From: an uncultured Smithella sp.
Lineage (GTDB): Bacteria > Desulfobacterota > Syntrophia > Syntrophales > Smithellaceae
Direction: 5' to 3'
DNA length: 64,000 nucleotides
NCBI GenBank assembly: GCA_964632255.1
Contig: CAZWCA010000014.1
Coordinates: 1,148-65,147, forward strand
Part shown: piece after piece, positions 7,944 to 16,814 of the stretch
Position numbering within the stretch: the first letter of the stretch is position 1
Layout of the letters: each line of letters starts with the position of its first letter
Notes under the pieces: model-generated
Database searches by the model: none
What the model saw: only the letters and a program-made list of their open reading frames with translations
Told to the model about the DNA's origin: nothing
Program-made: the position numbers and the translations under genes

Positions 7944-9218
7944 TTATTTCTGGAAATTTACAACGTGCCCGGCCTTCTCTTCCGTCTGAAAAGTCCGGCT
8001 TAATGCCTCCGCCGCCGCTCTGAGCTTGTTTTCACTCAAATGCGCGTAGCGTTGCGTCATAACATTGGTTTTGTGTCCAAGGAGTTTTTGAACGGTGTAA
8101 AGGTCAACGCCCGATTCTATAAGCCATGAAGCGTAACTATGCCGACAGGAATGAAAGCATATTTGCAGGCGCGGATCATCAATGCCATCATTCAACTTAA
8201 GCTTGTCAACGGTACGAAAAAAGCTATGAGATATTTTTTTTAGTTTTCCGCCTACACGTGCTGGAAAAACATAATCAGAAGGATTTCCTTTTTGACGATT
8301 TCTTAGCATTGTCGCCGCTTGTTCGGTAAGAAAAGCAAATCGGCTTCCGGCTTTTGCGTCCCGGATCGTCAAAATACTACGATCAATATCAACGTCCTGC
8401 CATGTCAAAGATGCAATTTCACCAAAGCGTAAACCACAATGAAGCGATATAAGCGCCATATCGTGAACATCTAAACTTTTCTCTTTAAGTGATTGTAATA
8501 AAGTGTTCGCTTCGTCGTGGGTAAGAAAACGCATACGGCCATTATCAACTTTGGGTTTTTTGACTTTCGATGTCGGCGGTTCATTTTCGTATACAGATAT
8601 TTGACGGGCCATATTGAAAACCTGCCGGATTACAGCAAGGGCATATTCAATAGACCGGTTTGACTGCTTCTTATCTATCATTTTCTTTTTAAGTTGTTCT
8701 AAGTGGAATGATTTTATTGATTTTAAAGGTAATTCTCCGAGAATAGGCTTAAACCAATTATCAAAGAATCCTGATTCACGTTGTGCCGTGCTTGATTTCT
8801 TATCTGCTTTGCTTTGTGGAAGGTAGGTATTAGTAAAGAATTCCTCAAAGGTCATTGAATCCTTTAGCTGTTGTTCCTGCTTCGCTTTTTCTGCCTGTTT
8901 ACGTTTTGCTTCAATTGCTCGTTTTTCTGATATCCTGGTAGGCGCTTCAGTTTTCCCGTGCTTTGCTGCACTTTTCAATTTTTCAAGAACAAGCGCCGCT
9001 TTCGCTTCCGTCCAAAATTGCCCATCTTCGGGATCACGCTCACTTGTCCAGCCGATACCCTCTTCGATTCGCTTGCCGTCTTTCTGGTATCTTATGGCAA
9101 GGTAGTGGTCAAATTTAATGCCATGTTTCCGAGTTGGGTGTTTGTAATATCTGACGCCCGGATGAACTGGCTTCCCGGTTTCTTTGTCTATGGTGCTTTT
9201 CCATTTTTGCCCGGCCAT
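7944..9218 (-). CDS. int: tyrosine recombinase/phage integrase
   Basis: Catalytic-domain motifs LRFGEIASLTWQDVD, HSCRHSYASWLI and LGHKTNVMTQRYAHL. The start was set at MAGQKWKST because AAAGGGGA lies upstream. Confidence 0.9.
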   Translation of the reverse strand: MAGQKWKSTIDKETGKPVHPGVRYYKHPTRKHGIKFDHYLAIRYQKDGKRIEEGIGWTSERDPEDGQFWTEAKAALVLEKLKSAAKHGKTEAPTRISEKRAIEAKRKQAEKAKQEQQLKDSMTFEEFFTNTYLPQSKADKKSSTAQRESGFFDNWFKPILGELPLKSIKSFHLEQLKKKMIDKKQSNRSIEYALAVIRQVFNMARQISVYENEPPTSKVKKPKVDNGRMRFLTHDEANTLLQSLKEKSLDVHDMALISLHCGLRFGEIASLTWQDVDIDRSILTIRDAKAGSRFAFLTEQAATMLRNRQKGNPSDYVFPARVGGKLKKISHSFFRTVDKLKLNDGIDDPRLQICFHSCRHSYASWLIESGVDLYTVQKLLGHKTNVMTQRYAHLSENKLRAAAEALSRTFQTEEKAGHVVNFQK

Positions 9219-9342
9219 AATATCCCCTTTCGATTCTCTCCCCACTCTCTCCCCACTTTTTACCGGAAACAGTGTTTTTTTAAATGATGTATTGTGAAGG
9301 AAGATATAAGAAATATGTAATTAAGTCAAGTTGTTTGTGTGG

Positions 9343-9372
9343 TTATGTGAAATTATGTGAAGGTTATGTGAA
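9343..9372 (+). repeat. three direct TTATGTGAA repeats with 10-11 nt spacing
   Basis: Copies at 9343-9351, 9353-9361 and 9364-9372, immediately abutting the tRNA-derived core. Confidence 0.75.
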
Positions 9373-9373
9373 A

Positions 9374-9421
9374 GGACTGAAAATCCGAGTGTCGACAGTT
9401 CAATTCTGTCCTGACCCACCA
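9374..9421 (+). other. 3' fragment of tRNA-Phe(GAA), tRNA positions 29-76 including CCA; attachment-site copy
   Basis: GGA CTGAAAA TCCGA GTGTC GACAG TTCAATT CTGTC CTGACCC A CCA. It has an anticodon loop with GAA, a T-arm and an acceptor 3' strand. No complementary 5' acceptor (GGGTCAG) or D-arm lies upstream. Confidence 0.75.
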
Positions 9422-9431
9422 TTTATATCAG

Positions 9432-9468
9432 GGACTTAGCCAAACACGGTTAAGTCCTTTTCTTTTTC
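9432..9468 (+). terminator. intrinsic terminator after the tRNA fragment
   Basis: GGACTTA ... TAAGTCC 7-bp stem followed by TTTTCTTTTTC. Confidence 0.6.
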
Positions 9469-9485
9469 TGTTTGAGACTGTCCTG

Positions 9486-11036
9486 TCATGACAGTAACAA
9501 CTTATTATCTTTGGAGCGCGTCTCGCCGATACTGCTCACATAAATTGCTGCCTGGTCAAGAAGAGGACATTTTGCCTCACAGATGCCGCAGCCGATACAT
9601 AGTTCCGGATCAACATGCGGTTGATTTAAGATTATTAGATTCCCGTTTCTATTCATCACCTTGGCCTTTTCCAGCCAGATAGCTTTCTTCGGGACGGGAC
9701 AGACTTCCTGGCAAACAAGGCAAGGTGTGGCATGGGCATAGGGAAGACATCTCCCTTTATCAATCATCGCCAGACCTATCTTGATTTTCTCTCTTTCGGG
9801 CGGCTTCAATTGTTTTATCGCCCCGGTCGGGCAGACCTGACCGCAAAGTGTGCAACGGTATTCACAATAACCGATCCGCGGAATGAGGACCGGTGACCAA
9901 AGTCCCTCAATTCCCGCCTCCAGAAACGTCGGTTGGAGGCCGTTGGTAATACAGACTTTCATACATTCGCCGCATTTTACACATCTGGCCAGAAACTGCT
10001 TCTCATCAAGAGATCCCGGCGGCCGGATTAATTTAGGCTCCGCGGCACTAACCTGTTTGTTGATTGCCGAAATCCTTACCAGCGGTACGGCGGCCAGGCC
10101 TGACAAAATCATACCGACGACTCTTCTTTTACCCAAGTCTACAGATGCAGTGTGCGGTTTTTGGATAAATCCAAAATGAACGGCGTTTTGCGGACAAATA
10201 TCATCGCAATTCATACAGGCCAAACATTCCGATTTCTGCCATTTTTCTTTTTGATCAGGAGAGGCGCCGCCCTGACAGTAAAAATCACAAGCGCCGCATG
10301 AATTACAGCCTTCGCTCACCGACCTTTGCAGAAAGGCATAACGCGAGAACAGCCCGAGAAGAGCGCCCAGAGGGCAGAGATATTTACACCAGAAACGCTT
10401 CTCCAGAAGATTCAGGCCTAATATGGTAAAGAATAACAGCCCCACAAAAGCGCTTTGGAAAAAAAATGGCTGCTGAAAAGGAAGCCACGTTTTCTTGAAA
10501 AGTGAATAGAAAAATTCGGAGATATTGACAAGAAAAGGGATATTCAGCTCATAGAAGAAATCAAATACAGTCCTGGTCGCATATGACATCATTGGATAAA
10601 CAGACAATGAAAGCGAACGAATAAGGAGCGAAATGGGATCGACAAGTCCTGCCGCTTGCCAGGAAAAAAGAGACACGGTAATTAGAAAGATCAGAACGCA
10701 ATATTTCAGCCAGTGCCAGTTTAAGGGTGCTCTTCGGGAACGCCGTTTTTGCAGCGTGCCCGCCATATTATTGAGAGTACCCAGCGGACATACCCAGCCG
10801 CAGAAAACACGCCCCAAAAAGACAGTGGCAATTATAACCGCAACAGCCAGGAAAAAAGCATGATACCATGCACGGCTGGACAGAATTGTGGTTATAAAAA
10901 GAAGAGGATCGGCATCCAGGAATATTTTAACTGGATAACCAAGGTCGTCGGCGCCCTTTGATTCGGTCTGTAGAAAGAGCCACAAAAATGTCAGTAAAAA
11001 AAATCCCTGCGTTATTATGCGAATTTTTTTGATCAT
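9486..11036 (-). CDS. membrane-bound polyferredoxin (NapH/NosR-like 4Fe-4S protein)
   Basis: Several N-terminal TM segments. Two CxxCP motifs (CGWVCPLG, CKYLCPLG) and at least six CxxCxxC(xxx)C(P) ferredoxin motifs. Confidence 0.75.
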   Translation of the reverse strand: MIKKIRIITQGFFLLTFLWLFLQTESKGADDLGYPVKIFLDADPLLFITTILSSRAWYHAFFLAVAVIIATVFLGRVFCGWVCPLGTLNNMAGTLQKRRSRRAPLNWHWLKYCVLIFLITVSLFSWQAAGLVDPISLLIRSLSLSVYPMMSYATRTVFDFFYELNIPFLVNISEFFYSLFKKTWLPFQQPFFFQSAFVGLLFFTILGLNLLEKRFWCKYLCPLGALLGLFSRYAFLQRSVSEGCNSCGACDFYCQGGASPDQKEKWQKSECLACMNCDDICPQNAVHFGFIQKPHTASVDLGKRRVVGMILSGLAAVPLVRISAINKQVSAAEPKLIRPPGSLDEKQFLARCVKCGECMKVCITNGLQPTFLEAGIEGLWSPVLIPRIGYCEYRCTLCGQVCPTGAIKQLKPPEREKIKIGLAMIDKGRCLPYAHATPCLVCQEVCPVPKKAIWLEKAKVMNRNGNLIILNQPHVDPELCIGCGICEAKCPLLDQAAIYVSSIGETRSKDNKLLLS

Positions 11037-11114
11037 AAAAATCTTTACAGCGGTTGATTGCCTTTATAGCTGTAGGAACTTAATATAACGAGCAGGCGGC
11101 GTCTCGCCGAAAAG

Positions 11115-12017
11115 TTAAACATTAATTTTCCTGATTTTCAGTTTGGATAGATTCATCGTTCCCAGTCCGGCTTTGGATCCTGCCTTGACATAGCCCAGGT
11201 CCACCCCCTGCAAGCCGAAGAGTGTAGCGCCAAAAGCATCGACGGCCACCTGATCCCGGCCGGCAACAACTGTATTGAGCTGTTTGACATCGGCAAGGTC
11301 CCCTCCCTGCGGACCATGCGCCGTCAATATCCGCACGGCGTCGAGGACGACCAGCGTGGGTTTGACGGTCATGGCGAGATCCACCAAACTCTCATTGATG
11401 CGCTGGTGTATTCTGCCCCGTGAACCGCCCATGATTCCCATCAGGTTTTTCATTCCGAGAGTAAGACTCGAAAGACCATGGGTCTTGGCAATAGGAATAT
11501 TGATAAACTTGTCGGCCTCAATAGCTTCGGAGTAAAGAGGCCAAGATTTCAGGGCGACACCGGGTAATTTCATGTCGCGAAATTTTCTCTCATCGACATA
11601 ACTGACTATCCCGCCCGCTGCCGTGGCTGCCGCGGAGATGCCGCTTTGCTTATAGCAGCGCCGCGGATCAGCAACGCTGTTGTCAAAAACCTTCACCCGC
11701 TTAGCCCCGGCTCCGTAACACAGGCTGATCACTGTGGAGACGACTTCCGGATTTGTGGTTGCCGCATAGGCCGGAAGTCTATCCCAGCCGATATTGGGCT
11801 TCACGACAACAACATCTCCTCTGGAGATGAAGGCTTTAATTCCGCCTAAAGCGTTAATAGCGGCCTTTGTTATTGCGGCAGGCGATAGACCATGAGCGAC
11901 AACGAGATCAGTTTTCTCCGCCGCCTCCAGTACTTCAATTAATATATCTGAATTGCCGGGTATAGCCAAAGCTGCACTGGTAATAAGAGCAGTTTTAAGA
12001 AAATCCCTTCTATCCAT
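11115..12017 (-). CDS. Tat-signal DUF362-family protein
   Basis: Twin-arginine signal MDRRDFLKTALITSAALA. VVVKPNIGW and AKTHGLSSLTLGMKNLMG resemble DUF362. Confidence 0.65.
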   Translation of the reverse strand: MDRRDFLKTALITSAALAIPGNSDILIEVLEAAEKTDLVVAHGLSPAAITKAAINALGGIKAFISRGDVVVVKPNIGWDRLPAYAATTNPEVVSTVISLCYGAGAKRVKVFDNSVADPRRCYKQSGISAAATAAGGIVSYVDERKFRDMKLPGVALKSWPLYSEAIEADKFINIPIAKTHGLSSLTLGMKNLMGIMGGSRGRIHQRINESLVDLAMTVKPTLVVLDAVRILTAHGPQGGDLADVKQLNTVVAGRDQVAVDAFGATLFGLQGVDLGYVKAGSKAGLGTMNLSKLKIRKINV

Positions 12018-12439
12018 AATGTCCCCACCAAAAAGATTATATTGTTATTGTCTTAAGACCTGTTCGGCCCAGTGTCGATAAACAGGTTCGGGGTAGACAA
12101 AGAGCTCGGCGGCCATTGCCTGAGGAACGCAGGCAAGATCACTTGCCCCGGTTAGAGTTAAAGTAAATCTTAGTTTTTACCAATTATCATCAAATTTATA
12201 TGCTGTCAATTCCGGAAGGTTCCTGTGTAAGAAGCAAATAAGTTGTCCGGTTGGCAGCAAATTAATTTGTCCTGTTAAAAAATAACCAATTGGAAGTACG
12301 GATGAAGCGGGCATAATATGTATTACATGATGTTATAGATTACAATCTTTGCAGTGAATGTCAATTTCACGAAAATATGGTCTCTTATGGTTCCTATTGT
12401 TATTTAAAATGGAGTTTTTATCTTTCCACTAAAAAATAT

Positions 12440-12637
12440 CTATGAAATTCTCAATTCACTTTTTTTCTCAGGGAAAAGAGGAGCACCGCAATTATGACAG
12501 AACTTTGCTTCAGCGGATTTTATATCTCTTCCGCATAAAGGACAACTGCTAATCAGTTTTGATCCGCATTTAACACAAAAATGAAAATGACCATCTACAG
12601 TAGAAAAATCACCATTGGGACAAATATAATACCTCAT
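12440..12637 (-). CDS. double zinc-ribbon protein
   Basis: 65 aa with CVKCG, CPLCG and CHNCG pairs. Confidence 0.5.
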   Translation of the reverse strand: MRYYICPNGDFSTVDGHFHFCVKCGSKLISSCPLCGRDIKSAEAKFCHNCGAPLFPEKKSELRIS

Positions 12638-13454
12638 GATTATTGACCTCCTATTTGCTCCCTGTTCAAGTAAGACGAAAGTACGAAATCAAAATAAGAT
12701 GTCCTGCAAATTGCAAAATAAAAGGAAGCACCTTGCTTAAGGGCGCTCCCCTTTACCCGACGACTCGGAAGCCCACTTGGCAGAAGAGGGTTAAGAAAAT
12801 CCTAAATTATCCATAAAGCATTTGCAGCCTGATTTTGTGTAAGTGTGTTCCTTATTTACTGCTCCATTCCTGCTTCTTGCTGAGCCGTTCCCTGACTTGC
12901 TGGAAGTTGTTTACTGATACAAAATTCAAATATTCATATAATAGTTTTAACCTACTTTTATCCACTCTTTCGTCTATCGTTGTAAAAAAAGTAATACATT
13001 GTAAATTTAAATAACAAAGAAATAACGGTCATAATTAGCCGGATTAAAGCAAAAGCATAAAAAATGTATAACAAATCATTATTCGTTTCATTGCATATTT
13101 TTTGAGATGCGTATCAATGTAACTCAGAAAGCGGAGCTATATATAAGTTCCGATTAAATAACGGGAAACAATATCTGGTCATCTTGCCTGGCAAGATATA
13201 AAGCAACGCCATCATCGCTCCTAAGAGTTTTGATGCGGAATATGGAAAAAACAAATATAGGCCCTGGTTGAAGACGTAGTTGAATTCTCCGGTCTGTTAA
13301 TTCCACCAAAATCGTAGTTTTGGCCTCTCATAATCATACACTTATTCGGAATCAATGTAACAGGTTATTCGTCTCGAAAAAGGTGAAATCGTTTCGAATG
13401 AATGATTTGATTCTTTTATAAATATAATTTTTTAGATTTAAGGGAGTACAATAG

Positions 13455-14390
13455 ATGAAGGTATTGGTCACTGGTGCATGCGGTTATAAGGGAACAGTCC
13501 TTGTTCCCAAGTTGCTAAATGCCGGCCATGAAGTCATTGCTCTGGATATTATGTGGTTCGGCAACTTTCTTAAACCGCATTCCAGCCTGACTGTTCTTCA
13601 ACAGGATGTCCGCAAGATCGAAGAAATTGCTTTAAATGGTATTGATGCAATTATTCATTTATCCTCCGTTGCCAATGATCCTTGCAGCGATCTTGATCCA
13701 AATCTAACGTGGGAAATAAGTGCGCTGGCGACGATGCAGCTTGCTGATAAAGCCGTAAAGTGCGGCGTCAAACATTTTATTTATGCTTCGTCCGGAAGTG
13801 TTTACGGTGTTAAAGAAGAGCCGAAAGTGACTGAAGATTTAACGCTGAAGCCAATTTCCGTATATAACAAAACTAAAATGATCGCAGAGCGTGTTTTGTT
13901 GAGCTATGCAAATGATATGATTGTTCAGATTGTTCGGCCTGCTACCGTGTGCGGTTTTTCGCCGCGCATGCGACTTGACGTTTCCGTAAACATGCTCACC
14001 ATGCAAGCTTTGAGTAATAATAAAATCACGGTATTTGGAGGCAATCAGGTTCGTCCGAACATTCACATTGAAGACATCACCGATCTTTATGTCTTTCTAC
14101 TTGATCATCCCGATATCAGCGGTATCTTTAATGCCGGGTTTGAAAACATATCAATTCTCGACATTGCCAGGATAGTGACACATTATGTTCCAGCCGAAAT
14201 TATCGTGACTGAGTCTAACGATCCAAGATCTTACAGAGTTAACTCAGATAAACTCTTGGAAACCGGCTTTTATCCCAAAAGAACAGTCGAAGAAGCCATT
14301 ATGGAAATTATTGAAAAATATAATACCGGTGAATTGAAAGATGAAGATTGCTGCTATAATTTGAAATGGATGCAAAAATTCATTATCTAA
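13455..14390 (+). CDS. NAD-dependent sugar epimerase/dehydratase family protein (extended SDR)
   Basis: Rossmann motif VTGACGYKG and YNKTK (YxxxK). AAGGGAG RBS. Confidence 0.8.
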   Translation: MKVLVTGACGYKGTVLVPKLLNAGHEVIALDIMWFGNFLKPHSSLTVLQQDVRKIEEIALNGIDAIIHLSSVANDPCSDLDPNLTWEISALATMQLADKAVKCGVKHFIYASSGSVYGVKEEPKVTEDLTLKPISVYNKTKMIAERVLLSYANDMIVQIVRPATVCGFSPRMRLDVSVNMLTMQALSNNKITVFGGNQVRPNIHIEDITDLYVFLLDHPDISGIFNAGFENISILDIARIVTHYVPAEIIVTESNDPRSYRVNSDKLLETGFYPKRTVEEAIMEIIEKYNTGELKDEDCCYNLKWMQKFII

Positions 14391-14986
14391 TGAACGATCA
14401 ATTAAATTTAAGGCTGAATCACTTCGATGAATATGCTGCAAAACTGCAGTCTATTCTGGTAAATTTTGAGTGGACTGGTGTTAAGGAATTGGCTGTCGCT
14501 TTGAAGTCCTGCTGGGAGGAAGACCGTGGTGTGATGATTTGCGGGAATGGCGGCAGCGCTGCAAATGCCATTCATCTGGCCAATGATTTCCTTTATGGTG
14601 TTTCCGGGTCGCAGAAACCGGGACTTCGTGCAGTAGCACTTTCGGCCAATCCGTCGGTGATGACTTGTCTGGCTAACGATGAAGGATATGAAAATATTTT
14701 TTCTCTTCAACTAGCGGTTCATGGCCGTCCCCGGGACATTCTAATTGTTTTGTCCGGCAGCGGCAACTCACCCAATATTATCCATGTACTTGAACAGGCA
14801 CAGGCACAGGGAATCAGAAGCTTCGCAATCCTTGGTTATACCGGCGGAGTAGCGAAAAAGATGGCCGACGTCCCGATCCATTTTCCTATTGATGATATGC
14901 AAATCAGCGAAGATCTCCAACTCGTTGTCGGACACATGATTATGCAATTTCTTAAAACACCGGTGAAAAAAAATGACAAAATGTGA
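14390..14986 (+). CDS. gmhA: SIS-domain sugar-phosphate isomerase (GmhA-like phosphoheptose isomerase)
   Basis: CGNGGSAANAIHLANDF and SGSGNSPN motifs. The start was taken at the TAATG overlap (14390), not at the track start 14366. Confidence 0.7.
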   Translation: MNDQLNLRLNHFDEYAAKLQSILVNFEWTGVKELAVALKSCWEEDRGVMICGNGGSAANAIHLANDFLYGVSGSQKPGLRAVALSANPSVMTCLANDEGYENIFSLQLAVHGRPRDILIVLSGSGNSPNIIHVLEQAQAQGIRSFAILGYTGGVAKKMADVPIHFPIDDMQISEDLQLVVGHMIMQFLKTPVKKNDKM

Positions 14987-15968
14987 ATTCCTGGTTATTG
15001 GAAGTAATTCCTTTTCCGGTGCCACATTTATTTCTTATCTGCTGGAGAAAGGACATAATATTTGCGGCATAAGCAGATCTTCGGAGGCTGATACCTGTTT
15101 TCTACCGTATAAATGGTTTGATAGCACTGATCGATTTAAATTTTTTCAGTCTGACCTCAATCATGATTTTGAGAAGATAATGGACATTGTTGACACGGAG
15201 AGGCCCGACTATATTGTTAACTTTGCCGCTCAAAGCATGGTTGGCGAAAGCTGGAAAAATCCGGATCACTGGTTTATGACCAATACTGTATCCTGCGTCC
15301 GATTGCATAATCGTCTCCGGCAAAGGAATTTTTTAAAGAAGTATGTACATGTAACAACACCGGAAGTTTATGGAAGCACCAATGGTTTCATCACTGAGGA
15401 TGCACCGTTTTATCCAAGCACCCCGTATGCAGTATCCCGTGCCGCCTCCGATATGAGCCTCCGTACCTTCTTCGAAGCTTATAACTTTCCCGTTGTCTTT
15501 ACCCGTGCAGCCAATGTCTACGGTCCGGGGCAGCAGCTTTACCGGATTATTCCCCGTACCATTCTGTTCATTATGCTGAGGAAGAAGATACAGCTTCATG
15601 GCGGCGGCCATTCCCGACGATCTTTTATTCACATGCGCGATGTTTCAGAAGCCACTTACCGTATCGCCGTTAACGGAAATCCTGGTGAGACTTATCACAT
15701 TTCCACAAATGAGATTGTATCCATTCGCCATCTGGTAGAGCAAATCTGCCGAAAAATGAACGTTGATTTCAATGACCATGTCGAAATCGTTGATGACCGA
15801 TTGGGCAAGGATGCCGCCTATATGCTTGACAGCAGCAAATTACGGAATGCTTTGGGTTGGCAGGATAAAATTGCTCTTGATCCCGGCATTGATGATTGCA
15901 TTACCTGGGTAAAAGCAAATTTTCAGGCACTCAAATCACAGCCATTTGATTACATTCACAAGCCGTGA
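14973..15968 (+). CDS. extended SDR, nucleotide-sugar 4,6-dehydratase-like fold with atypical active-site residues
   Basis: VIGSNSFSGA Rossmann motif. TPEVYG stands where dehydratases have TDEVYG. PYAVSRAASD stands where they have PYSASKAASD. Confidence 0.7.
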   Translation: MTKCEFLVIGSNSFSGATFISYLLEKGHNICGISRSSEADTCFLPYKWFDSTDRFKFFQSDLNHDFEKIMDIVDTERPDYIVNFAAQSMVGESWKNPDHWFMTNTVSCVRLHNRLRQRNFLKKYVHVTTPEVYGSTNGFITEDAPFYPSTPYAVSRAASDMSLRTFFEAYNFPVVFTRAANVYGPGQQLYRIIPRTILFIMLRKKIQLHGGGHSRRSFIHMRDVSEATYRIAVNGNPGETYHISTNEIVSIRHLVEQICRKMNVDFNDHVEIVDDRLGKDAAYMLDSSKLRNALGWQDKIALDPGIDDCITWVKANFQALKSQPFDYIHKP

Positions 15969-15980
15969 TCAATATTAATC

Positions 15981-16814
15981 ATGAAACAAACATATCGCAT
16001 AAACGATCTTGAACAACGTGCCCGCATTCTTCGCGCCAGAATTATTGAAAATGCGCATCGGACGGAAACTCCACATCTTGGATCATGCCTTTCTTGTCTC
16101 GATATTCTTGTAGCCGCATACTTTGCAGTCTTAAACATTGATCCTGAATCGCCTCGCAGCCCGGAGCGCGACCGGTTTATTTTGAGTAAAGGGCACGGTG
16201 CACCGGCATTATTTCATGTATTGGCTATGCGTGGTTTTTTCCCGGAAGCTATGCTTGATTCCTATGGCGAGGACGGCGGTTTATTTGCCGAGCATCCGCC
16301 GACCCCTGATCGTCTGCCCGGCATCGAAGCTGCTACAGGCTCTCTCGGACACGGCTTGCCGATAGGACTGGGAATGGCTCTGGCGGCGCGGATGCAAAAA
16401 CGGAATTATCCTGTTCGTGTTTTACTCAGCGATGGCGAATGTAACGAGGGGGCGGTTTGGGAGGCGGCAATGCTTGCCGCTTCTCAAAAAATGGAAAATT
16501 TAATGGTCATCATTGATTTTAATAAATGGCAGGCAACGGGCCGCAGTGAAGAAGTTATGATGCTTTCTCCTCTAATTGAAAAATGGCGCGCCTTCGGTTG
16601 GAGCGCATATGAAATTGACGGACACGATATGTGCCTGTTAACTGATTTAATGGGCCGTTTGCCTGACGGTACAGGTAAACCTGTGGCTATTATCGCCCAT
16701 ACAATCAAAGGCAAAGGCGTTTCTTTCATGGAAGATGACAACAACTGGCATTATCGTATTCCTACCGCTAATGAAGTGCGTAAAGCCAGGATCGAACTTG
16801 GAATATGCGAATGA
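15981..16814 (+). CDS. transketolase, N-terminal (TPP-binding) subunit
   Basis: HLGSCLSCLDIL, SKGHGAPALF, GSLGHGLPIGLGMA and SDGECNEG motifs. Confidence 0.85.
   Translation: MKQTYRINDLEQRARILRARIIENAHRTETPHLGSCLSCLDILVAAYFAVLNIDPESPRSPERDRFILSKGHGAPALFHVLAMRGFFPEAMLDSYGEDGGLFAEHPPTPDRLPGIEAATGSLGHGLPIGLGMALAARMQKRNYPVRVLLSDGECNEGAVWEAAMLAASQKMENLMVIIDFNKWQATGRSEEVMMLSPLIEKWRAFGWSAYEIDGHDMCLLTDLMGRLPDGTGKPVAIIAHTIKGKGVSFMEDDNNWHYRIPTANEVRKARIELGICE

Larger units (their letters stand above)
1..9421 (-). mobile_element. Integrated phage/satellite-like element; its left end lies outside the window and its right end is a tRNA-Phe 3' fragment
   Basis: Every gene is on the minus strand. The order is tyrosine integrase next to a 48-nt tRNA 3' fragment, Xis/HTH-like gene, replication initiator plus DnaB, Nu1-like small terminase, Mu gpP-like baseplate gene. 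Confidence 0.7.

Noticed and set aside
12045-12160. Protein-like minus-strand frame (...LTGASDLACVPQAMAAELFVYPEPVYRHWAEQVLRQ) just upstream of the DUF362 gene
   Set aside because: Only 23 codons follow the single ATG, and the longer frame has no start codon. It may be a remnant or a leader, but it cannot be supported as a gene.
12638-13454. Search for an ops/JUMPStart (GGCGGTAG) element or a clear sigma70 promoter upstream of the glycan locus
   Set aside because: No GGCGGTAG was found. The only good -10 hexamer (TATAAT near 13423) has no acceptable -35 hexamer at 16-18 nt spacing.
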